A DNA stretch of 64,000 bases from a virus (IMGVR_UViG_3300028833_003520), one strand, 5' to 3'; shown: positions 19,127 to 29,283, numbered from the stretch's first letter. A program made the numbers and translations. The notes: a model not told the origin generated them from the letters alone.

Positions 19127-19510
19127 TCAAATGTCGCAAAGTGCAGCAGACTTGGTGAGATAGACTTTTTGTGCTTCGCTAATAAGTTGGGTAAGGTTTA
19201 CCGTACACTCGCATTTGCAAAGACCTGTTTTCTCGTCTATCTCAAGCGTTGTTTCATCAGGCGTGAGGTAATCAGGAATGAGATATAAGCGATTATTCAT
19301 AATCGTTGCATACATTTCACGAATGTCACCAAATGTTTTACAGCCTAATGAAAGACAGGTCGTAATGAATTCTTCGCTTTTATCGAATGCCGCACTGATG
19401 TGTAGGCGATAGTCAATCCATCCGTCACAACCCTTAATGAGTCTCTCTTTGAGAGTCATTTCGGGTGTGATTTCAGGATTATTTGTGTAGTAGTGAAGTT
19501 TGATGTTCAT
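19127..19510 (-). CDS. Hypothetical protein
   Basis: Start MNIKLH. Confidence 0.65.
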   Translation of the reverse strand: MNIKLHYYTNNPEITPEMTLKERLIKGCDGWIDYRLHISAAFDKSEEFITTCLSLGCKTFGDIREMYATIMNNRLYLIPDYLTPDETTLEIDEKTGLCKCECTVNLTQLISEAQKVYLTKSAALCDI

Positions 19511-19512
19511 AG

Positions 19513-19962
19513 TTATGTACCCGTTGCGTAATCTGACTGTTCGGCTAACTTGTTGATAAGACACTGAATAGCAAGGTCTGTGAGAGCATCAATGTCGAGT
19601 GTAAAGTCAACATCAAGTGCAATAGTTTCAGGGTCATCAACGATTTCCTTTGATACGCAGGCATTGCCTTTCTTGTACTTGATGCAAGAAAGCATTTCTT
19701 CTTCAGAAATGTCATCTATGCATTCGATGATTTTCTCTTTGTCAAGTTCTGCGTAGGTGATGCCACAGCGTTCGGGTTTTCTTTCGGCAATGCTCTGCCA
19801 TTTCTGGAAAGCCGTCTCGAATTCTTTGCTATCTTCAAGATTGAGCCAAGAGCCGATATCGTCAGTATTTTCGACTATCTGTTCTGCAATAGCAGACTTG
19901 ATATTGTGAACAGTTTCGTTGTCCTCAACTCCGAGGTAGATTGTGAAATCTTTGATTTCCAT
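19513..19962 (-). CDS. Acidic hypothetical protein
   Basis: Start MEIKDF after AGGAG. Confidence 0.75.
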   Translation of the reverse strand: MEIKDFTIYLGVEDNETVHNIKSAIAEQIVENTDDIGSWLNLEDSKEFETAFQKWQSIAERKPERCGITYAELDKEKIIECIDDISEEEMLSCIKYKKGNACVSKEIVDDPETIALDVDFTLDIDALTDLAIQCLINKLAEQSDYATGT

Positions 19963-19972
19963 AGGTTTCTCC

Positions 19973-20329
19973 TTATTTGCTGTAAACGATGGGTTTGTCT
20001 TGGAACGGGAATTCGTCCCAACGAGAAGGGTCGTTTTCAATGGTATTGATAAGTACATCGTACTTTTCGTGATACTCCTTGACTTTGAGGTCTGCATCTT
20101 CTTTGGTAAGGTCGTCTTCGACCAAGAACCAAAACTTTGTAGATACACCTTCGTGCAAATCTTTTGCGGTAGGATGAATATTCATCCAAGTAGGATAACG
20201 CTTGAAGATGGAGTAATAGACCATAAAACGACATTCAATACGAAATGTACCATCCATATTATCAACGACACCAAAATTGGTGCCGTCGAGAGATGTGTAT
20301 TTCTTTTGACCGAGTTGTGTGTATTCCAT
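19973..20329 (-). CDS. Hypothetical protein
   Basis: Start MEYTQ after AGGAG. Confidence 0.75.
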   Translation of the reverse strand: MEYTQLGQKKYTSLDGTNFGVVDNMDGTFRIECRFMVYYSIFKRYPTWMNIHPTAKDLHEGVSTKFWFLVEDDLTKEDADLKVKEYHEKYDVLINTIENDPSRWDEFPFQDKPIVYSK

Positions 20330-20339
20330 AGGTTTTCTC

Positions 20340-20645
20340 CTATACTTTTCTTTTGACAGGGAAGAAGGTAGTAAGGGTGTTTTCGGGTTTTGCAACATAA
20401 TTGATATGATATTCATTATAGTTGCCGTAGCCGATAACTGTACCATCTTCCTGAACTTCAAGAGAGTCAAGTGTTGTGGAACCCCCGTCCCAGTTGTCTT
20501 TATCGTTTTTCTTATCTTCTTTGATAAGTTCGATAATGCGTTTCTTGACATCTACTGGCGGAAGATAGGAAGCAAACTTTTCGATGTAAATTGTGTTGCT
20601 TTCAGAACTGCAAGCAGCAATTACATAGGTGTTGGGAAGAGCCAT
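20340..20645 (-). CDS. Hypothetical protein
   Basis: RBS and ORF. Confidence 0.75.
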   Translation of the reverse strand: MALPNTYVIAACSSESNTIYIEKFASYLPPVDVKKRIIELIKEDKKNDKDNWDGGSTTLDSLEVQEDGTVIGYGNYNEYHINYVAKPENTLTTFFPVKRKV

Positions 20646-20657
20646 AGTTTTTCTCCT

Positions 20658-21059
20658 TTAATACTGATAAAGAACAAAGCGAATGGTTTTGTTATCCTTG
20701 AATGACTTGATAAAAGTGTTAAGGTTATCAAGGTAATTGGACACATCTGTGTTTTCGCATAATTCCTTTGTTCTTTTGTAAAGTTCTTCGGGGTCTGGGG
20801 CATAGCGTAAACGCCTGCCCATTTTGTCTTCGATAATTTCCTGATACGAATCCCCGTCGATGTTTTCATCATATTCTCTGTAATTGAGAACGAAATCCGT
20901 GTCTTGCGAGAAGCATTCTTCAAAGGCACGAGTGTACTCGTCGGAACCTAAGGCTCTTACGTCAAGTATAGCGATGGTTCGAGAGGCGAAGAGGAGAGGA
21001 TGAGTATCAGATTTGAAATTGTAAGGAAAGACAACGTGAATCTCGGTTTCAACTGCCAT
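20658..21059 (-). CDS. Hypothetical protein
   Basis: RBS and ORF. Confidence 0.75.
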   Translation of the reverse strand: MAVETEIHVVFPYNFKSDTHPLLFASRTIAILDVRALGSDEYTRAFEECFSQDTDFVLNYREYDENIDGDSYQEIIEDKMGRRLRYAPDPEELYKRTKELCENTDVSNYLDNLNTFIKSFKDNKTIRFVLYQY

Positions 21060-21080
21060 AAATTTTCTCCTTATATGGAA

Positions 21081-21206
21081 TTACCCCAACATCTGTGATA
21101 ACAGAGTGCTGAGGTAATCCTTTATAAAATAGATTGTGACACCAATTAGTCCGATTCCTGCCGCTATCAAGGTGCTTTTAATTTCGGTAAGAACTTTTTC
21201 TTTCAT
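21081..21206 (-). CDS. 41-aa single-TM protein (not in ORF track)
   Basis: MKEKVLTEIKSTLIAAGIGLIGVTIYF...; RBS upstream. Confidence 0.55.
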   Translation of the reverse strand: MKEKVLTEIKSTLIAAGIGLIGVTIYFIKDYLSTLLSQMLG

Positions 21207-21211
21207 AGAAA

Positions 21212-21361
21212 TCACGCTCCTTTTGCTTCTGTGTTTTCAGTAGAACTATCTGCTTTAGAAGATAGGTCGGTCTGAATATGGCAAGCGTTGTCCATTCTAT
21301 CGAAATCAAAGCGATAGTGGTCACATCCGTTGCAGTTGACTTTGGTGCAAAGACAGCCCAT
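21212..21361 (-). CDS. 49-aa Cys-rich protein (not in ORF track)
   Basis: MGCLCTKVNCNGCDHY...; GGGAG RBS. Confidence 0.6.
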   Translation of the reverse strand: MGCLCTKVNCNGCDHYRFDFDRMDNACHIQTDLSSKADSSTENTEAKGA

Positions 21362-21376
21362 ATTTGTTCTCCCTTC

Positions 21377-21826
21377 TTAATCTTTGTTACACTGATTGAT
21401 GAAGTCGAGCATTGAACCAAAAATCTGTTCAGGCGTTTCACCTTCACAGTCAGTACAATCGGAGACAGGAATACAGTCTTCATCATCTCGATAGAAGAAG
21501 ATTTCGAACCAGTTATTCTCATCTACATACGCTCGTTCATCATTAGAAAGGGAACCGTTTTTAATGATTTCCTTGAGTGTTTCGGGGAATTCAGAAGGAT
21601 AGCGATACCAATCGCCATCTTCAGCAGGACCGCTTTCGTTGAACAGAATCTTGACTTCTCCCTGTACTTCAATCACGGCATAGCCGTTAGGAGTGTAGAG
21701 AGCAGCAATTTCAGTGCCACTGTCAAGTTGCAATGAATCAACGATGTTTGTCATATCAATATCATTATTGAGACAGAAAATAGTAGAGTTAGTCTCTTTG
21801 GCTAACTGAAAGTATTCATTAGGCAT
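21377..21826 (-). CDS. Hypothetical protein
   Basis: RBS and ORF. Confidence 0.75.
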   Translation of the reverse strand: MPNEYFQLAKETNSTIFCLNNDIDMTNIVDSLQLDSGTEIAALYTPNGYAVIEVQGEVKILFNESGPAEDGDWYRYPSEFPETLKEIIKNGSLSNDERAYVDENNWFEIFFYRDDEDCIPVSDCTDCEGETPEQIFGSMLDFINQCNKD

Positions 21827-21837
21827 TGTTGTTCTCC

Positions 21838-22512
21838 TTAGGTGGTTAGGTCAATGGTGAACTGCTTTGGGTCGATAATTGTAAATACTTGAGTGGCGTT
21901 TGCGAGATATTCGATGATAATATCAATCTTGCCTCTCCAAGATATTTCGCTCCAATGCTTTGAATAACCATTGTTTACGATGGGTTCAGGGAAAACACTA
22001 TTCAAATCAGCATCCAGTTTAATCTCTTTAACAGTAGCAATTATATTGTTAATGCTCTGTGCGTCGAGTGGTGATAAGATGAATACTGTGTATTCTTCAG
22101 GTGTTGCTGAATCGTTAGGTGTTGCCTGGAAGGAAAGACCGTAGAACTCATCGTCGGAATGCATATCTAAACCAGCGTTTTCGATAGACTGCTTTAAGGT
22201 GTGCATATTGTTGTAGAGTTCAATAGCCTCGTCATCTTCATCAAGTTCAGCAGGAGTAGGGGTTTCATCACCGATGACTTTATCGAGAAGATTGTAAATC
22301 TTTCCGATGTACTTTTTATCGTCTGCGTGACTACTATAACAGAAAGATTTGACACAGAATCCGTATGTGTCAGAGAGATAGTCGCAAACTGCGTCATCAT
22401 CTCTTTCGTTTAATGTGTCAATGCAGACTTCTGTAGGAAGATGGGGATAACCGTCTTCAGACTGGCTATCTTCGGGGTCGAAATCCCAGACGATATTAGT
22501 AACTCGTATCAT
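21838..22512 (-). CDS. Acidic multi-domain hypothetical protein
   Basis: C-terminus resembles the 36082/36511 paralogs. Confidence 0.75.
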   Translation of the reverse strand: MIRVTNIVWDFDPEDSQSEDGYPHLPTEVCIDTLNERDDDAVCDYLSDTYGFCVKSFCYSSHADDKKYIGKIYNLLDKVIGDETPTPAELDEDDEAIELYNNMHTLKQSIENAGLDMHSDDEFYGLSFQATPNDSATPEEYTVFILSPLDAQSINNIIATVKEIKLDADLNSVFPEPIVNNGYSKHWSEISWRGKIDIIIEYLANATQVFTIIDPKQFTIDLTT

Positions 22513-22523
22513 AGTGTTTCTCC

Positions 22524-22724
22524 TTAAACATATTTTGCAGCGAGTTTGTATAACTGCTCAAGAAATCTCATTGAATCTTCTTTGTCAGACTGTTCGGCGT
22601 GTTCGTCGAGTAATACTCCTATGTAGCCTGTGAACGCTTCGGGTTCATACCTCATACGGAGTGCGTCAAAGAAGTCAATGTTTGGTTTTTTGGTCGATTT
22701 ATTCGACAGGGTGTTCGTAGCCAT
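22524..22724 (-). CDS. Hypothetical protein
   Basis: RBS and ORF. Confidence 0.7.
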   Translation of the reverse strand: MATNTLSNKSTKKPNIDFFDALRMRYEPEAFTGYIGVLLDEHAEQSDKEDSMRFLEQLYKLAAKYV

Positions 22725-22735
22725 TATATCACCTC

Positions 22736-23326
22736 TTATTCATATAGCGAATTAAAAATATTCTCGGCAGTATCTTTGTCGGAGATAAGGTTTGCGATAT
22801 TTGCTCTAATCCACGATGGCATATCGAAGTTTGCTTTGCCATTATGAGTGACAATATCAACGAATCCTCCGACAGAAGTGTTGCCTGAGTAACTTACTTC
22901 AGTCCAGATAAAGGCTTCATTATCAGGGATGATTTTGATGAGTTCATCAATAAATCTATCCCAATCCCAAGGGTCTTCGCTTGTATCGTCTTCGTTTTCG
23001 TAACGATTGTAGATAATATTACCGTCTGCGTCGTAAATCTGTTCGTATTTATCAACTTCGAGAATGTCGATAATATTATTGTTTTCATCGTAAAGAAGAG
23101 CCTCAGGGTGTGCATCACAATATGATGTGAAACTATCAGACATAGATGCAGGAGCGTACCATTTGAGAGTATCTTCAGCCGATATCTTGTAGCGAGGATT
23201 GTTGCTATTAGAGTCAGGTTCGATACTGACACTTTCGGCAACTAATCCGCTTATCAACTGGTCGAAACGCTCTTTATCTGTGATGTGAAAGTAGTTACTT
23301 GTTCCTGTCGTAACAGTGTAAGACAT
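22736..23326 (-). CDS. Hypothetical protein
   Basis: RBS and ORF. Confidence 0.75.
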   Translation of the reverse strand: MSYTVTTGTSNYFHITDKERFDQLISGLVAESVSIEPDSNSNNPRYKISAEDTLKWYAPASMSDSFTSYCDAHPEALLYDENNNIIDILEVDKYEQIYDADGNIIYNRYENEDDTSEDPWDWDRFIDELIKIIPDNEAFIWTEVSYSGNTSVGGFVDIVTHNGKANFDMPSWIRANIANLISDKDTAENIFNSLYE

Positions 23327-23329
23327 AGG

Positions 23330-23683
23330 TTATTCTCCTTTATCTTCTTCAAGGTATTCCATCCAAAGTGTTTCAGAACCAACTTCGGTGACATAAATGT
23401 CTTTGACATTGTTATCCCACCAGTCGAGGTTGATGAATGTGGATGCAGTACCGATAAGCGTAAGTGTAGGACCGAGTTCAGGATTATCAAAATCAATGTC
23501 TGTTGGTGTGAATGTGCCGAGATTTTCATCATAGATGGAAAGGTCGCCCAAGTTCATTGATTCTTTTACATTGATGTATTCTGCAACGAAGCCCTTTGCT
23601 TTTTCAGTAGGAAGTGTGAGTTCGTAATCAAAGCCACCGTCGTTAACGACCTTGATTACTTCCGAATAAGCAGTACAGTTCAT
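23330..23683 (-). CDS. Hypothetical protein
   Basis: RBS and ORF. Confidence 0.75.
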   Translation of the reverse strand: MNCTAYSEVIKVVNDGGFDYELTLPTEKAKGFVAEYINVKESMNLGDLSIYDENLGTFTPTDIDFDNPELGPTLTLIGTASTFINLDWWDNNVKDIYVTEVGSETLWMEYLEEDKGE

Positions 23684-23913
23684 TATGTTTCTCCTTTTTC
23701 TTTCTTAAGAATATTAGTGAGCATTTCAATCGTTATCTTGCTACAAGTACCGTCAGGGTACTGTATGCCAAAAGATGTTGAGTTTACGAAGACAAGTTTA
23801 GCATTCTGCTTTTTGGCGTATGCCTGAGCAATTTGTCTCCATTCAGGCATCTGTTCTTCTGACATAGCGAGCACTTTTCTCATTTTGAGATTAGGGTCGT
23901 TAGGGAATAACAT
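23683..23913 (-). CDS. Hypothetical protein
   Basis: RBS and ORF. Confidence 0.7.
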   Translation of the reverse strand: MLFPNDPNLKMRKVLAMSEEQMPEWRQIAQAYAKKQNAKLVFVNSTSFGIQYPDGTCSKITIEMLTNILKKEKGET

Positions 23914-23915
23914 AT

Positions 23916-24098
23916 TTAATCCTCCTGAGAAGTGATAATAGTGGTGAACCTATCGAAGTCGTTCTCTTTGACAGCAGATAATTCTGCAAAAGAGATGCCG
24001 AGATAATTCATAATGTATGTATCATTCTCGCCGTGTTCTTCAAGATAGCAGATTGCATTAGCAAGGTAAGTGAAAAGTTTCTTTGCAACAGTGTCCAT
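23916..24098 (-). CDS. Hypothetical protein
   Basis: RBS and ORF. Confidence 0.7.
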   Translation of the reverse strand: MDTVAKKLFTYLANAICYLEEHGENDTYIMNYLGISFAELSAVKENDFDRFTTIITSQED

Positions 24099-24111
24099 AT
24101 TAGTTCTCCTT

Positions 24112-24693
24112 TCAGATTTCTTCGGGCATAGGGTCAGGAGTGATTTTCTGGTCTCCGTGAACCCAGTTGTCTTTATGGCTCTGCTTGATAAAATCTTCCA
24201 AGATGCCTGTACAACTACTTGCAGTTACATCAATTCTACGCTGTGCGTCATTGTTGTATGTAATGTAGATGTATTCTCCGCCAGGTTCGTCCCGATATGT
24301 CATATCTGTTACATCAGCGTAAGCCCTTGTGTTCTGTGAAAGGAGAATGAATAACTTCTTGGTAAAGAGAGCCTTATTTTCTTCAATGTACTTTTTGTTG
24401 CCTTTCTTGAAGGCTTCTTTGTCGAATGATAATTCGACACGATATGCAGCGATACCCTGATTACTTGATTCAACAGAATCGAAAGTCTTGCTTTCGACTG
24501 TAAAGTAAGTCTTTAAGACTTCATCATCAACATCTTCAATGTCGTCGCCTGAAATATCGTGGCAGTTTTCAAGGAAGTTAGAAACGGCTTCATTACCTTG
24601 ATTCCAACTGTCGAAAATTTGGTCGATAATATCTTTCTTTGTAAGATTATCGCCATAGACGATATCGTCAAATGTAGGTTTGTTCTGTGCCAT
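24112..24693 (-). CDS. Acidic hypothetical protein
   Basis: RBS and ORF. Confidence 0.75.
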   Translation of the reverse strand: MAQNKPTFDDIVYGDNLTKKDIIDQIFDSWNQGNEAVSNFLENCHDISGDDIEDVDDEVLKTYFTVESKTFDSVESSNQGIAAYRVELSFDKEAFKKGNKKYIEENKALFTKKLFILLSQNTRAYADVTDMTYRDEPGGEYIYITYNNDAQRRIDVTASSCTGILEDFIKQSHKDNWVHGDQKITPDPMPEEI

Positions 24694-24723
24694 AATTTTT
24701 ACTCCTCGTATAGATGTATTTTT

Positions 24724-24966
24724 TTACCAACTAATGTCATAACGCTGTGCGTTTTCTAAATTGGTGAAATAACGAGATATTTGAGTCTCGTTAATGGTAT
24801 GATAACCATTGTCTTTTGTTCGAATTACGATACCAGTTTTAGTTTCGTTAACGCAAACAAGAGTTGGTTTTTCTTTGGGATAATATTTCTTGAAATTTGC
24901 AAGAGCATTATCCACTGAAAAATCTACAAGATTTTGCAAGGTTTCCTGCAATGTCTGGTTTGGCAT
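24724..24966 (-). CDS. Hypothetical protein
   Basis: RBS and ORF. Confidence 0.7.
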   Translation of the reverse strand: MPNQTLQETLQNLVDFSVDNALANFKKYYPKEKPTLVCVNETKTGIVIRTKDNGYHTINETQISRYFTNLENAQRYDISW

Positions 24967-24991
24967 TTTTCTACTCCTTGTTTAAGTGTGC

Positions 24992-25423
24992 TTAATGATA
25001 GCAAATAGTGATTTGAATATCTTTGTCTTTGAAAACGGTAAGAATGATTGTCTTTACTTGTTCCCAAGAAAGACGGTCGAGTCCTGAAGCAATACACGGC
25101 ATACAGAGTTTACTACCGTCAGGGATTTGATTCTTCATATCTGTAAGGGCTTGTCTGACAGTAGTATAGGTTGGTTTCATATTATATGATTGCTTGGTAA
25201 CAAGGTTAAAGCAACCCTTAAACGATGGTATTGAAGTGTAAAGGGCGTAGCCTTTGCCGTTCCATTGATGGATATAGTTCAATTGGAGTTCATTCTTGAC
25301 TCCACGCTTGGTGAATTCCTTTGCGATACCTGCACCCATTGCAAAGTCGGAACTTATACAATGAGCGAGATAGGCATCAGAATCGGACTGAAATAAGTCC
25401 ATATTTGTTTCTCTTAATATCAT
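24992..25423 (-). CDS. Macrodomain protein, TARG1/DarG-like
   Basis: DLF, AHCISSDFAMGAGIA, NLVTK, MPCIASGLDRLSW. Confidence 0.88.
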   Translation of the reverse strand: MILRETNMDLFQSDSDAYLAHCISSDFAMGAGIAKEFTKRGVKNELQLNYIHQWNGKGYALYTSIPSFKGCFNLVTKQSYNMKPTYTTVRQALTDMKNQIPDGSKLCMPCIASGLDRLSWEQVKTIILTVFKDKDIQITICYH

Positions 25424-25483
25424 ACAATTTACCTCAACTTATGAATCGTCAAGTATAATACACAAAGTCGTGCAGACTTTTGA

Positions 25484-26146
25484 TTATACATCGGGGATTT
25501 GCCAATCTATCGGTGGTAAATTGTGGGAAACTAAAAAGTCATTACATTTCTTGAAATGACCACAACCCTCAAAGCCTCGATAAACAGAGAGGGGAGAGGG
25601 GTGAGAGGTCTCAAGAACGAGATGATTAGGGTTCGTTAGTAATGGCTTTTTTCTTCGAGCAGGTGCTCCCCATAGCATATAGACTATGGGGCGATTCTGC
25701 TGATTCACAATAGACAGAATTGCGTCTGTGTATTGTTCCCAACCGTGACCACTATGAGAGTTCGCTTTATGTGCTTGCACAGTGAGAACTGAATTTAGGA
25801 GTAAAACTCCTTGTTTTGCCCAATGTGATAAGTCACCATTGTTGGGAATCGGATATCCATACTCGGACTGCAATTCTTTGTAGATGTTCTGTAAAGAAGG
25901 TGGAATTGTGACACCGACATTTACAGAAAATGCTAAACCCATTGCTTCGTTAGGCTCGTGATAAGGGTCTTGACCTAATATGACGCATCTAACATTATCC
26001 AAAGGCGTGAGGTTCGTAGCATTCATAATCTTATCCTTTGGGGGATATATTGTTTTGCTGTCATATTCGTGCATAACGAAGTCGAATAAGTCTTTGTAGT
26101 AAGGTTGGCTATGTTCATAGCGAAGTGCTTCTTCCCAATTACTCAT
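25484..26146 (-). CDS. ung: Uracil-DNA glycosylase family 1
   Basis: GQDPYH, GLAFSV, PPSL, GVLLLN, HPSPLS. Confidence 0.97.
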   Translation of the reverse strand: MSNWEEALRYEHSQPYYKDLFDFVMHEYDSKTIYPPKDKIMNATNLTPLDNVRCVILGQDPYHEPNEAMGLAFSVNVGVTIPPSLQNIYKELQSEYGYPIPNNGDLSHWAKQGVLLLNSVLTVQAHKANSHSGHGWEQYTDAILSIVNQQNRPIVYMLWGAPARRKKPLLTNPNHLVLETSHPSPLSVYRGFEGCGHFKKCNDFLVSHNLPPIDWQIPDV

Positions 26147-26163
26147 AGACGGTCATTCCTTTC

Positions 26164-26445
26164 TTATATGATGAATAAATCAACATAACTGTTGCGATAG
26201 ACTTTTTCGGAGCCATCTTTGAAGTGAAGAACGAGGTATTCGTGATTCTCATCAATGATTCCTGTTTTCTCGATGGCTCTGGCTTCGTCGCCGCCTTCGA
26301 TAATATCCCAAGATTTGAGATTTTCGATACGGCATTCTTTAGGTTCTTTGTGAGGTTCGTACTTTGATGTTTTGAACATCTGCAAAAGGACCTTGGCTTT
26401 GTTAAGGTCAGGATGCATTAAAGTACGATTGTAACTTCTTTTCAT
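26164..26445 (-). CDS. Hypothetical protein
   Basis: RBS and ORF. Confidence 0.75.
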   Translation of the reverse strand: MKRSYNRTLMHPDLNKAKVLLQMFKTSKYEPHKEPKECRIENLKSWDIIEGGDEARAIEKTGIIDENHEYLVLHFKDGSEKVYRNSYVDLFII

Positions 26446-26469
26446 AGATAAACTCCTTTGAAAGTTGTG

Positions 26470-27090
26470 TTATGTGTTAAGAGAGTCACGCTTTGCTTTG
26501 TTATAACGGCTCCAATTGCCATTGACAAGTTTGTCGTAGATTGTAATCCAATCTTTGTTTTTGAAGGCAATGTCGGTGCTGCCTGTTTGGTCGATGAGTT
26601 CAATGTATCTTTGAAATGTATCAATCTCATTATCAGATAAAGAGAGTGTTGGCATACAGTTATAACGAGGTGTTGAGTAGTGAGTGCATTCTGTTTTAGA
26701 ATTGGTTTTCTTACCGCACACGCTGTTGTGTTCACAGTCATCACATAATGATGGACGTATAAATTTTACACCGCATACAGGGCAATTCTGAACGCATAAT
26801 TCAGGATGAAGAGCGTCTGTACTAATAATAAATGTGTTGGTGCATTTTGAACAGAAGAATTCGCTTGCGTATTCAACAAAAATGACTGACTCTTTATAAG
26901 ATTTGTCCTTGTAAGCGTGTCCACATTGGCTACAGTAAAGTGTGTCGTATGTATCAGGTGTAATATCTAATACGGTTTCTTTGTGGCAGTGAGAACAATT
27001 GTATCTATAACCGCTATTAAGTAATGCGTCAGGGTTATTCATAATAACTTTGACAGGCGGTTCTTTAGAGGTGGTGATTTTTCTTATCAT
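26470..27090 (-). CDS. Multi Zn-ribbon protein
   Basis: Five CxxC pairs. Confidence 0.75.
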   Translation of the reverse strand: MIRKITTSKEPPVKVIMNNPDALLNSGYRYNCSHCHKETVLDITPDTYDTLYCSQCGHAYKDKSYKESVIFVEYASEFFCSKCTNTFIISTDALHPELCVQNCPVCGVKFIRPSLCDDCEHNSVCGKKTNSKTECTHYSTPRYNCMPTLSLSDNEIDTFQRYIELIDQTGSTDIAFKNKDWITIYDKLVNGNWSRYNKAKRDSLNT

Positions 27091-27102
27091 AATATGGCTC
27101 CA

Positions 27103-27792
27103 TTATTCTTTTTGTAAGAGTGTTTTAAGATTAGCCCATCTATCGTCAAAATAGGTGAAGTCAAGGTTGCTTGCTTTAGCAAATTCTTCAGCATTATCAC
27201 AGTCAATATCCATTGTTTTATAATGATGATTGTTGATAAGAATGTTTATGCTTATACCGAATGAACCGTGACTTGCATATTGATATGTATAACGGCTATC
27301 GTTAACTGGCAGATTGTGTAATCTCTTGAGTTGCTTTAGCCATATCGGTAATGCCTCGTAAAGGTTATCGCCTTTAAGGATTATATATGCGTCATAGTAA
27401 CTGATATCAGAAAACCATTTTTCCCATTCTTTGGTGATTTTATAGTAAATATCTTCAATTTTATGTGTATCGACGAGAGCCGTTATGCCAGAAACTATCG
27501 TAGAGATTACACTTAAAATGAATATCATCATTGAAATGCGAGCGATGAGATGACAATAATCCAATTGGTTAAACCAAGATGCTTGTGTCGATAAGAAGAT
27601 TTCGTAATGCGTAGAAGCAGTAGATGCAAACGAAAGTACACTAATTATGAAAGCGTACAAAGATATGTTACAGCATCGGTCGTGTTGGTTATCAAGTCTG
27701 GTGTAAGTTTGATGGTATTTATTGCGAGTTGCTTGACGTTTTTCGTTAAGAACGGCTTCAATTTCGTCAGATTTAACATTAGGCAAAATCAT
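27103..27792 (-). CDS. Membrane protein (2 TM)
   Basis: Two hydrophobic segments. Confidence 0.7.
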   Translation of the reverse strand: MILPNVKSDEIEAVLNEKRQATRNKYHQTYTRLDNQHDRCCNISLYAFIISVLSFASTASTHYEIFLSTQASWFNQLDYCHLIARISMMIFILSVISTIVSGITALVDTHKIEDIYYKITKEWEKWFSDISYYDAYIILKGDNLYEALPIWLKQLKRLHNLPVNDSRYTYQYASHGSFGISINILINNHHYKTMDIDCDNAEEFAKASNLDFTYFDDRWANLKTLLQKE

Positions 27793-27803
27793 AGTTATGC
27801 TCC

Positions 27804-28031
27804 TTATAAATTGGTGTAGTATTCTGAAATGCCGTCGCCGTGATAAAGTTTCTTTTTAGACTGTGTTTTTGCTTTAAGCATAAAGATTTTAACAGTCTGA
27901 GGAACGGTTTCAGGTGACGAGTATGTTCGAGTTCTTACCTGAAGTGTTGATGCGTCAAGGTAGTTTACATTGCACGCATAGAACTTATCGGATGAGTTGA
28001 TAAGAACTGACTGAATTTTAGGGTTCGGCAT
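27804..28031 (-). CDS. Hypothetical protein
   Basis: RBS and ORF. Confidence 0.7.
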   Translation of the reverse strand: MPNPKIQSVLINSSDKFYACNVNYLDASTLQVRTRTYSSPETVPQTVKIFMLKAKTQSKKKLYHGDGISEYYTNL

Positions 28032-28043
28032 AAAGGTTCTCCT

Positions 28044-28718
28044 TTATATTTTGATTGATTCAAAGTAGTTGTCAATGTCGTTGAATACATCAGAAAGAGA
28101 AGGGAAATCGTATTCGAATGTTTTGACGACCTGACCTGTTGTATTGGAAATATCAACAGCCAGGTATGTATAGTCAGAATTTCTCGCATTTCTTACGATT
28201 CTTGCGATTATAGGCTTTTGCTGTATAGTAAGAGGGCGAGAAATTTCGAAACATCTACTCATTACTCGGATATTTCCGAAGTTAATGAAGGTGACCATTG
28301 CTGCAGAACGGTCATCTGATGTATCGACATCCAAAACTTCTTCGATTTCTCTATGGTCTCTATCACGAATCCAATCGTCGTAGGACATTTTGAGCAAGGT
28401 TCCATCTGTAAGAATATATCCTGCAAGACCGAGTTTTTCGGTGGTGCCAAAATAGTCTTTGGCTTTTTGATTATATTCTTTGATGGTTTCTTCAGATATT
28501 GTATCGTCAATCTGTTCTTCTCCTAATACTCGGAGAACTTCAAGAGACTGGTCTTCATTTAAGAAGGTATGCCGATTGAAGTATTCCATAAGAAAATCAA
28601 CGTGCGGAAGGTCATAGCCTAAGTAGTTGATTCTGTTGAGAAGTTTGAGCCACGTATTGTATGTAATACCGTCTGTGTCGAGAAATTTGACGAGATTACC
28701 TTTTCTTTCGATAGTCAT
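28044..28718 (-). CDS. Hypothetical protein
   Basis: GYILTDG...DH...GNIR motif. Confidence 0.75.
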   Translation of the reverse strand: MTIERKGNLVKFLDTDGITYNTWLKLLNRINYLGYDLPHVDFLMEYFNRHTFLNEDQSLEVLRVLGEEQIDDTISEETIKEYNQKAKDYFGTTEKLGLAGYILTDGTLLKMSYDDWIRDRDHREIEEVLDVDTSDDRSAAMVTFINFGNIRVMSRCFEISRPLTIQQKPIIARIVRNARNSDYTYLAVDISNTTGQVVKTFEYDFPSLSDVFNDIDNYFESIKI

Positions 28719-28731
28719 AGATTTTCCTTTC

Positions 28732-28905
28732 TTAAGAAACATACCAACCTTGCTTTACACATTTGTCATTAACGAATATGCGAAAAGCCATTTCTCTTTC
28801 GTGTGCAAGTCTTAATGCTTCAGCAATTGACTTACATTCGATTGGAGTCATACAATAACCCCACTTGGTATTGAAAACGATAGTGCAGGGAATAGGTTTA
28901 GCCAT
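28732..28905 (-). CDS. 57-aa hypothetical protein (not in ORF track)
   Basis: MAKPIPCTIVF...; AAGGA RBS. Confidence 0.65.
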   Translation of the reverse strand: MAKPIPCTIVFNTKWGYCMTPIECKSIAEALRLAHEREMAFRIFVNDKCVKQGWYVS

Positions 28906-28908
28906 AGT

Positions 28909-29283
28909 TTATCCTTTCTTTTTCCAATCAGGGATAATGCCATATTGTTCTTCTGCATACTGCCACCAACCAACAAGTTCGACAGGTGGGAGATGATGTG
29001 TGCCCATCACCATTTCCTTTGCACTTAAAGCAAAGCAGATAACGAGTAGGATTGAGATTCCGAAAAGGAATATCTTCATTATAGGAGTCCAATCATATCC
29101 GTATTCTTGAGGAAGCAGTTGAGCAATAGCAAGAACAAACATTATAATCATCATTACTATTATTCTGATGAAAATCCTGTTATGCTCTTTCTTGCGTTTG
29201 GTTTTCCAATTTTTCTCCATCTGTTCGTAGTATTCGATTTTTTGTTCTTTAGTGGCATCTGATAAGTAGAAAATGTCTGACAT
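28909..29283 (-). CDS. Membrane protein (2 TM)
   Basis: Two hydrophobic segments. Confidence 0.75.
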   Translation of the reverse strand: MSDIFYLSDATKEQKIEYYEQMEKNWKTKRKKEHNRIFIRIIVMMIIMFVLAIAQLLPQEYGYDWTPIMKIFLFGISILLVICFALSAKEMVMGTHHLPPVELVGWWQYAEEQYGIIPDWKKKG

